From: the human T2T-CHM13v2.0 reference genome, Homo sapiens
Length of the DNA: 64,000 nt
Direction: 5' to 3' (one strand)
Assembly (NCBI RefSeq): GCF_009914755.1
Contig: NC_060930.1
Below, piece after piece: positions 54,820-64,000 of this stretch (the stretch's first letter is position 1; the number at the start of each line of letters is the position of its first letter). The notes beneath the pieces were generated by a model. It did not search any database and had not been told where the DNA came from. It was given only the letters and a program-made list of their open reading frames with translations. The position numbers and the translations under genes were made by a program.

Positions 54820-56760
54820 GGCTCTTTCCAGTTTTTGCCCTTATAAATAATGTAATGTGGGACATCTTTGCACGCATAACGCTTACAGATTTTCTGTTAT
54901 TTTCTTTGGCTAGAACTCCAGAGTGCAACTTCTGGGTAGTTCTGATTAAAGACTCTTGACTTGCTGTATCATGTTGCTTTCCAAAAGAATTTAGTAATTT
55001 AAATCATACCATCAAGGTATGAAAGAACCTAGTCTCATTTTATATTTTTCAGGTAAACTTGACAGTCGTCTTTCTAAGCTCCTGAAAATGCAAATAGGAT
55101 TTGATTGTAATATTCAACCTTCTCAGTCAGAAATATCATGTGCTTGCTCACTTATTATAATATTTTCTATTTTCATAAATATTTACATTTTTTCATATAG
55201 CCCATGTTTCTCATTGAGAACATTCGTGAATTTTATATGTCTTATTGCTACTGGGAATATTCATGAATCATAATAATTATAGATAATATAATTATAGATG
55301 ATTATATGATATATATTTTCTGTATTTTTTACTTTCTTTACTATTCTTATCTATTGTGTCTGCTTCCACATTATTCTTTTACCAGCCAGACTTTCTAAAT
55401 CAATATAAGTAATAATAGAGATAACAGGCATCCATGTTTTATTTGAATGTAAAAGGAATCCCTCTAGGACAACATTTTCACAACTGTGTTCTGAGGGGAC
55501 CAGTGCTTTGAGTAAAAAAACATTGCATTCCATTGAGATTTGGAATTCACACCACTGTCTTAATGTTTCCAAGAAGTCCTGCCATCAGATATATATTTAA
55601 CTTTGTTCAACTCAGCATTTTCCACACATATTTGAACAAGGGATCCCTACATTCTTTTTGAAAAAAACTGCACATATTAACGTTTTGGAGGACAGTGCTC
55701 TGGGGAACTCGCATTTGGAAAAAAATACTATATATCCCCATAAAATACAATGCTGGGACTACTATGGATAATATTTTATTAATAGTGCCAAGGAAGTAGC
55801 CATTTATCTCTCTTTTAAAGATGTTATTAAAAGGAATGAATACTAAGTGTCTTTTAAGTATCTGTTGAACAATTTAGTTTGTGTTATTTTGTCTATTAAT
55901 ACGACATGATATAACAAAAAGTTCCCAATATTGAACCCTCTTTGGAATCCTGGCATAAAACCTACTTGAGATTGGTGGATTATTTTAAAAAAATACCTTG
56001 AATTGTCTTTACTAAACTTTACAGTACTTGAGATTTTTGCATCTATATTCATAAGTGAAATTGGCATATGATTTTCATTTTTGCACCAATTTTGTTAGGT
56101 TTTGGTATCAGGTCTTTATATTTGCTCCATTAGATGACGGAGCATTTTCCTATGTTTTATTCAATACAGTAACTGTTTGTATCCAACAGCAGAATTCTTT
56201 GTTCCTTGAAGGTCTGGAATAATTCCCTGGTTAATAGGCTGAGGCTTTTAGAGGGGATGTTCTTTAATAACTCTATTCATAATTTCCTCAGTATTGCTCT
56301 TGTAAAGTTTTCTTTCTGTTTTTAAATCAATTTTGGTAATTTATGTTTTTTTTTCCAGAAAATTGTCTATTTTGGTGAGATTACCAAATTCATTTTCTTA
56401 TAATTATCCATAGCATACTTTATACTTCGTAAATATTTTCTGCAACTGTCTTTCTATATTTTCCTTTCTTCTAATTGCACTGTTTCTGCCTCTCTTTTAT
56501 AAGAGCTACTGCTTGAACTTATTAACTCCACAATTTTTCTCCTAACTTTTGATTTTATTATTATGACATTTCCATTTTCTGAAGCCATTTGCTTTTCCTA
56601 AATATTGATTTCCTAAAATATTAATTTGATTTGTCCTTTCTCTTTTGCTTTTTAAGCAATAAATACCTTTGGCCATAAATTTGCCTGTGAGTAGATCTAT
56701 GAATTTCAGAAAGTTTAATATATTTTTTCATTTTTCATCTTTGTTGTATCTAAATAACCT
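54820..56760 (-). mobile_element. Ancient L1 (L1M/L1ME) ORF2 relic, with a probable hAT-type insertion at about 55480-55720
   Basis: ORF 55843..56067 (PISLMNIDAKI...KIIHQSQVGFMPGFQRGFNI) matches the L1 RT motif RPISLMNIDAKIL...IIHHDQVGFIPGMQGWFNI. Outer ends approximate. Confidence 0.7.
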
Positions 56761-57009
56761 TTTGTTGCCCTACTAGCTAGACTGTTGAAGATCTTGAGAA
56801 AACTCTTCTAAATTAACCTAAGACTTGTGGCTCTGTTATGCATTACTATTTCTTTCTAATTTTATCTGCTGGATCTAATAGTCTGAGATGACTGTTGAGA
56901 AGCAAGATATGCCGAAATCACTGAAATCCTTGTAAAATTTTAGCATCTTATTTGCTCAGAGAGAAGAGAATATATGTGACCTTCAAAGTGTCTATTTAAA
57001 GCCACTTTA

Positions 57010-57230
57010 CATTTATTTAGCAAATATTAATGCAATTAGTAAGTGCTAAGCATCACTTTAAGCATTTTATGAATATTAATGCAATTAATCTTTTAAAAAC
57101 CTTGGGAGATAGGTATTATTTCCCCCTTTACAGTTGGGGAAACCAGGGCAGAGAGGCTAGTGAGAGCCAGGACTTGAACCCCACGGGTCTGGCTTCAGAG
57201 TCTGGTCTGACGCATTGTGTTGAGCTGCTT
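57010..57230 (-). mobile_element. MIR
   Basis: 'gagataggtattatttcccctttacagttggggaaaccagggcagagagg...gccaggacttgaaccc...tctggcttcagagtc'. Confidence 0.8.
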
Positions 57231-58872
57231 TTCTGTTTTTAAATCCTGCTTGCTTATTCCTTTGATGCAAATGTCTCCATAAGTAAGTTGGAGGAAAACC
57301 TCTCCCTTTATACCCCAATTAAGATTTTACACAAGGTTATGACTGTGTATAACTATAGATTTTGATACCTGCCCCAGGAAAGTAATAAATGGGGTCTTAT
57401 TTCACTATTGGCTGGAATTGCCTCCTGATCATCTCCCTGTGAGTCTTGGCCATAGGCTACAGGAAAAACCTATTTGGGTCCATCTTCATCTCCAGTCTTA
57501 ACAGCTGCAGAACCCAGAATGTTCAGATTATCAAAATCTCCTATCACTGGGGCATGGGAAAGATGAGTGATATCAAGACAGTACTTGGCATCACATTAGG
57601 TGGAAAATAAAAGGAGAAGAAACACTGCTGTCTGTTTTTTGATATTCTGTAGTTTCTGCCTTACACTGATCAAAAGACACAAAGCAAACTGTGGTCCAGG
57701 AGAGCAGGTGGCCCCAGGTTTTGAGGTCTGAGTCCAGCAAACAACTAAGTGGCTTAGGAGAAACACTGGACCCAGTGCTCCTGGTCTTAGATCACTGTGT
57801 AGAGTATCCCCGTGAACAGTTACCTACATTGCAGCAGCTGCAATGTAGAGGGTCTGCTTTTGCAATTGTAAAAAACAGAGTTTTGGGGTTTATGTTTAAA
57901 GGGCTATTTGCTTTCTTTGATCCCAGGGCCACAAAGTACACAAAGAACATCTGTCTATCTTTACATTATTCTTCAGTTACAGCTGCTCTTAAAGAACTAG
58001 TTTATTTTCAATATGGTGCTCCTCAGTAACTCCCCAAAATAAATTTTATATATACCTTATAGCATATATTTTACTTCAGACTGTGCCAAATATAGCCTTC
58101 AAATTCTGTAATAAATACATAGAAAATTATTTTTGTTTATATAGATTGATTTCCTCATTGACCTAATTGTTTTTAAGAGGGTAGTTCTAAATTATTTTTT
58201 AATGAGTGGGGTTTTAGGTTGAATATGTTACTTACGATTTTAATGTGTTGTGCCAAAGAGTGTATTCTATTTTTTTCTTTGCATTCTTTACATGTAGCTT
58301 TTGTGTTTAGTGTCAGTGTTGGATTTAGGAAACACATATGGCTTTTTTTTTTTTCTATGAATGGGGCGGTGATACTAACACACACCAACCACACCCAGTG
58401 GCCATGTATAACATAACTGGTCTGCTCACTGTTTCATATTTAGCTAGTAAATTTCTGCATCAATTACTAAGCTGATATGAGCATACAGCCAAGATTCAGG
58501 GCACATAGTCTTATCTTTCCCAAAATAGTTTCAGTTTTTAGTAGGTGATTTGTTTCATTTCAGGATGTATCTAACATCAACATCACCTAGTTACACATCA
58601 GCTGTAACAAATTAGGTCATATTTCATCATATAAGCATCATGTACTGATGTAGATCATGTCACGATTTTTGTGACCTTTTTGTTTTCTTCTTAATTATCT
58701 TCAGTCATTCAGAACCATTGACCTATTTCCCTTGCATCCTTCGGTTCTTCATACCAGAGTATTCTATTATGATAGACTAGAATGGGCAAATGATTGTCCT
58801 GATTCTTCCGGCTAAGGATGAGTCCAAATGTGGTCCCAGAAAACCTTGTACCATTACCCTAGAACCGCAGAA

Positions 58873-59058
58873 CAGAGGTTCTGAAACATCACCAGGCAGT
58901 AGAATCCACTGGAGGGCTTTTTAGAACACTGATTTTTAGGCTCCACCCTCAGAGTTTCTGATCCTGCAGATATGGGTGGGACCCAAGAATTTGTATTTTA
59001 ACAAGTTCCCAGGAGATTCTAACTCTGCTGGTCCCAGGCTGCACTTTGAGAACCACTG
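58873..59058 (-). mobile_element. MER5A (hAT-Charlie)
   Basis: Ends 'tgctggtcccaggctgcactttgagaaccactg'; internal 'ccaccctcagagtttctgat' and 'taacaagttcccagg'. Confidence 0.9.
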
Positions 59059-59416
59059 CTCTAGAATCTTGTAAGAAATTTGCAGAACCCTTGCTACTAT
59101 ACAAAGGGGCATTGTCAAACCTGACAAGTCCCAAATGGTCTCAATCCACTGATCTTGATTGTAAGTCTAAAAAATAAAAAAATGTATTTTTCTCCCATAA
59201 CAAGTACTGCTCAGAATCTATCTTCTCTGCTTTCTGGCTGATTCAGTCTTAATCTGGAAGGTTTTCATCCCCAGAGACTTGGAAGCAAGATCATGTATAG
59301 CTGGTGTTTTGGCACGCTTTATCTCTGTGGCAGTCAACATTTGGAATACATAGACTCTTGCTCTCTTAAGCACCTGAAAAGAATGTTTCTATACTTTTGG
59401 TTTTCTTGCTTACCAG

Positions 59417-59763
59417 AGTGAGATAGACAAGAGGAATGCAGAAATGGTACCACAAAGACAAATGCTCCTAGAAGCCAAACGGAACAGGTAAGCACATTAG
59501 GGCTGTCCTGATTTTTACAGAATTCCTTTGAACCTCTATTCCATCTGGGTGTGCACATTTTTTGATGCTCAGATTATGTAATTTTGTTTTGTTTTCTGTT
59601 TTGCTGTTCTAGGCAAGGAAGAGGAATTCAGACTCTTTTGGGGGGTCTTCTTGCTTCACTACATACAAATCACCAATTGCTGGAACTTCATGGAGAATTA
59701 GAAAGGTTTCTTCATCCCAGTCAATTCTGTGTCATCAATAAATATGGTTACATTGATAAATAA
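59417..59763 (+). other. Candidate spliced exon pair (59417-59487 and 59613-about 59763): lncRNA terminal exons or microprotein
   Basis: Acceptor 'ttttcttgcttaccAG' (59415-16), donor CAG|GTAAGC (59488), acceptor 'gttttctgttttgctgttctAG' (59611-12), AATAAA at 59737-59742. No expression evidence available. Confidence 0.35.
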
Positions 59764-61779
59764 GGTTAACCTGAAAGTCCAACTAACATTTTCTTTAAAT
59801 ATATTTTGGAGCAGATCTTGAAATCTCCTTAGGTAGACTGTTATAGTGTTGATTCATCTTTACTTTGTGGATCTCTTTACCTTAGGTTGTACAAATCCTT
59901 CAAATTTAAGTCCATATTTTTCTGGTTCCATTTTCCACAGAGATGGAGATCCGGTTAGGTGTCTTGTCTCCTTGTGGTAATACAAGCACCAATTAAATCA
60001 CAGTTTTAAAAGGCAGAACAATTTGAGATTCTTATTTCTTTTGTGCATCTAGTTTCTAATCTTGTTAATGCCTTTTTTTCTTTGTGACCTTCTTAAATAT
60101 TTGTAAGCTTTTTTTAAAAAAATTCTTTTTTAATAACATGTTTGACTGCTTACTTGTTATGTGTCAGGCAGTGTTCTAAGCACTTCACATGTCATTACAT
60201 GCTTTACCAAATTAGTAGATGTGCATTATTGAAGCCTCATGGGTTTCTAAAAAATTAATCATTTTGCATAAAGATTCTGACATTTCTCTCAAGCAAACAG
60301 AAATAATTTTTTCTGGTCATTATTTCTTGTTTTCCTACCTTGTAGGGGCTCTCTGGAAATTGATTTTCGATTTGCACCAGTTGTTTTAATATTCTAGTGT
60401 TTTCCAATTCTGTCAGTATTAGTAGCTTCGATGAATACTGCAATTTACCCTGACATTCAGGAAAGCTCAATATGCTAATTAAAAGATGCTGATCAGGAGA
60501 TGTTAAATTTCTGTTAGGATCCAGTTAAATATAACACAAAGATTTCTGACAGAGAAGAAATGGATGATAACAAATATAGAAGCAGGTGGCAGAAACTGTT
60601 TAAAAGATCACTAGATGTCATTCTGGAAGATAAGGCAAAATAAGAATATGTGCTAAAACAGAACAGTTTAACCCTTGATAATTATTGGAAAACTTCGTGC
60701 CTAACACAGGGCTGTGTTCATTCATCTGGCCATTCAAGGAATAACTATGCTCATGCATGTGGTCCCTGTATTGAAGCTCAGGCACAGTGATTGAGATGTC
60801 GTTCTTTTTCTTGAGGGACAAGCTGACAAAGAGCAGAAGGATGTAGGCAGCGCTCACCTCATCCCTGCATTTCATAAGTTGTGAGAATGGCAAGTCTTGC
60901 ACACTCCTAATATGCCAGTTAGGGGCATTTTGCTTGGGATGCTGTAATTGAGAAAAAAAGAGGAGTGTGCTTAGAGGAAGGTAATTTTTCCTATGGGCGT
61001 CCGTGATGACAGCGGGTGTGAAGAATCCTAGTGACTGCGGGAAAGAGTGACTGCTGCTGTGAACCAGGACATGCAGAAAGTTCTGCCAATGCCTCAGGAG
61101 GCTAAGAAAGGCCCCTCTCCCAGTCTGGAGCAGGTCTGAATTGGAGAGCCAAGAGGGTGCACAGTGCTAAGGGAGGGGACAGAATCTAGTCCTGGGGGGT
61201 TCTTGGGTCCCTGTGATCTGAAGTGGAGGAGGTGATGCTCACTGCGGGCAGAGGCTCTCATGCTCCCTCCACATGCAAAGTTCAGGGTTCCTTGCTGCTT
61301 TCGTTTAATAAAACCTCTCTCTACAACCTTTTCTTAATGGTCTCACTGGGATGATTCTGAAGAGAGAATTTATCAGGTCAGGCAGCAACCTTAACCTCTC
61401 TAAATCCAGCAACGTCAGTTCTTCTGCGACAGGAAACTTGGGCAATAAGGACCATGAAAATATCCAGTAAATTACCACGATGCTGTCAGTGCTGATACTG
61501 TTAAATTTTGAGTAGGAATTTCACAAATTGACCTTTACTGCACTATATAAAATCATATAACATAACATAGTATAATATAACATCCCTGTGAAGTTCTTGT
61601 CAATAAATGATAACCACAAGATTAAAAGGTGGAAAACCCTTATTTTCTTAGGGATATCAAAGTACGTATAAGATTTAGGCATCCTATTTAGTCTCAGGTG
61701 TAAGACAATTCTGGTCTGTCTCTCCCTTTCTCTCTGCAATTGTTTTTCTGAGCACACTTGACTGAATGCCCTTGATAAC

Positions 61780-61990
61780 TTAGCAGTAGCCACCTATCAT
61801 GTGCCTCTTATGATGTGTTGGACATTTTGCGTGTATTATTACAGCCAATACTCACAGAAACTCTGCCAAGGTAGGTATTATTATGTCTCATTTACACATT
61901 GAAAGTTGAAATCATTTGGAGAGATTTGTTCCAGAGGCAGAGTGGAGGTTCAAGCCCAGGCCTGACAGGTGCCAGAGCTGCAGTCCTCTC
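61780..61990 (-). mobile_element. MIR
   Basis: 'tactcacagaaactctgccaaggtaggtattattatgtctcattt...ggcagagtggaggttcaagcccaggcctgac'. Confidence 0.7.
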
Positions 61991-62499
61991 TCCACAGATA
62001 CAGCCACCTCCTAAGAAGGGCTTCCTGCACATGTTTACAACACACCTCATCAGGGTCATTATAAGCTTTCTTTGACAACTAATAAGATTTCAGATATACT
62101 TCTAAAAATCAAAAGAGCAATTTTATCAGCAAATACAGCACTTACAAGGGGAAGCAATATTATTAAAAATAATAATATTTTCCAAGTATTGTGATTTAAA
62201 TAGCCATTACTCCAGTGTGGCAGTATTTAAGATAGTGTTAGCAGGAATCAGTAATGCCAAAAATTAAATATGACATTTACTTTGAAACCAGAGTTTATAC
62301 AGTACGGTTCCCTTGTCCAAACAGATCAGAACGACACGTCTTTATGTTCTGTCTAAAGATAGTTGTCCTGCTATCACTACACATTTGTCTGGAGTGGGTG
62401 GTCTGGGAGATGTAACTGTGTCCCTGCTCGGTAGGCTCAGCAGTTCACAGTGTCTGTTACTTCCAAATGCTGCTCGACTTTTGGCTGTTGGGTTCATCC

Positions 62500-63170
62500 T
62501 CCTACGTTGAGTCAAAGGGGTCAGATAAGTCCTTTGGAATGTCTTGTTCCAAATCACTGCTGCTGTTACTAAGCAAAAGCAAAAACAGTGCAGCCGCAGC
62601 CATGTGGGAACTGGCCTCGAGGCTTGAACAGTGGTGGATGAGACAGATGGGCTAATGCCAAGGACAGTTGCCCTACTGGTCACTTTCTTAGAGACTGGAA
62701 ATAAATGCCATGGTCCCCTGTGCTCCAACTCATCTCTGTGTTGGTGACCTAGACCAAGGGCCATCTGAGCCTAGTGCGAGCATGCTCACATCTTTATGAG
62801 CCTATCCTTGCCGGTGTGTTTTTGTGGACCAGTGTCTGTGCCTTTGCACCATGAGCTAATACTCCTGAGATATATTTATCTCAGGAGTCAAGTCAGTTTT
62901 TCAGCTGCGCCAATGATTTGGTAGGGGTAAACCTTGAAGCAGGACAATTCTTTTTTTTTTTTTTTTTAAATGAAGTAAAACAGCGTGTTAAGTAAGGGCT
63001 AATAGAACTAGTGTCTGAAGATGTTTTGTCTTGTAATATATGTGCATCACACAAGGTGGCAGAATAAGCATAAGGCGATCCTCCAAATGCCAGGCGGGGA
63101 TGCTGCATTGTTTGCAAGGCAGGAGCTGGTCACTAGCCCCTACCTTCACTGCTGCAGCTGCAGCTGCTGC
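62500..63170. promoter_or_regulatory. Candidate enhancer/CTCF region (motifs only)
   Basis: AP-1 TGAGTCA 62508, GATA AGATAA 62523, TEAD TGGAATG 62535, CTCF-like ACACAAGGTGGCAG 63049-63062, tandem CAGCTG E-boxes 63155-63166. Confidence 0.3.
62861..62888. repeat. Perfect inverted repeat, 12-bp arms with 4-nt spacer
   Basis: ACTCCTGAGATA-tatt-TATCTCAGGAGT. Confidence 0.95.
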
Positions 63171-64000
63171 TTCTCTGTGAGTGTGCTCACGTCTGTGTTT
63201 GAGGGGAATATGCCACGTAGTTTAATAATTTGCTGGCACCCCATCCTTTGCTTTCCATGAGAAACTGTGTTAGATGATTAGACCGCCCTGGTTTATGAAA
63301 ATGCATACCTACTCCTGGCTCTGGTTTATATGCTTTCTCTTTGATTGAAAATGCAAGCTCATTCTCCATCAGCATTCTAGTTCAACTCAAGGGCATTGTA
63401 AAAGCACAGCCACAGACAGTTTTATAACATAATATCAAATTTTAACTTTTTTCTTCTCCATATAGGGTGTAAATATGAAGTTAAATATTTATTGTTTGTC
63501 AAGCATATTAACACTGTTTGTTTCTCTCCATAAGGAGAATTAAAAGTTCCTGGATTTATTTTTAAATTTAATTGAATAGTTAATACTTAATTTTAATCAT
63601 TATTAATTTAATTTTTAATGTAGTCATTTTTATGGCTGAATTAAATATTTTACCAGACTCAAGCTTGTGAACAAGGCCATTAGCAATTGACTACATAGGA
63701 CTGTCAGGCCAAGCATCAGAAATACTACAGTAGAAATTTATCTGTACTATTAACCTATTCAGTACAAAGAAATGGGACATCTTTCAAAGTCATGAGGAAA
63801 ACATTTGATCTCTCAAATAAAAAAAATGGAAGCTACGCATAGGCCCCATTTCTCATATAAAATTCACGTGTCTTAGCTTCAGAAGTTTTAACTGACAACA
63901 ACTTATTTTCCCAAGTTCTATATGGAAAATATCAGGGTCAGCTATGGGAGGGGATAAAATGCTCATTCTCCATAAAGTAGGTCAGACAATTTGCCAAGCT

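Noticed and set aside
62850-62862. CATGAGCTAATAC identical to 41145-41157
   Set aside because: Shared 13-mers between distant positions are expected by chance many times in 64 kb.

Overview
This is primate genomic DNA, very probably human: Alu, L1PA and THE1 elements are present. It is AT-rich, has no CpG island, and contains no recognisable protein-coding gene, rRNA, tRNA or CRISPR array. The only ORFs with recognisable protein similarity are broken L1 ORF2 fragments and Alu-derived frames. A large share of the window is interspersed repeats: six Alus (one AluSc nested in an AluJ), about nine L1 pieces, a two-LTR THE1 MaLR provirus, solo MST/MLT1A/MLT2 LTRs, MER30, MER20, MER45A, MER6, MER5A and many MIR/L2 relics. 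Repeat families were recognised by eye from remembered consensus sequences, so subfamily calls and ends are approximate. Every L1 piece lies on the minus strand, which suggests a long intron of a plus-strand transcription unit. I cannot demonstrate a new biological system. The best leads are: (1) a plus-strand exon pair at 59.4-59.8 kb that splices into a 64-codon ORF invisible to the six-frame track; (2) a THE1 3' LTR retaining a DUX4 motif, TATA-like box and splice donor; (3) a candidate recursive splice site at 45.18 kb; (4) a 148-bp, about 95%-identical non-TE duplication 1210 bp apart, plus smaller template-switch-like scars; (5) two motif-dense TE-free enhancer candidates.
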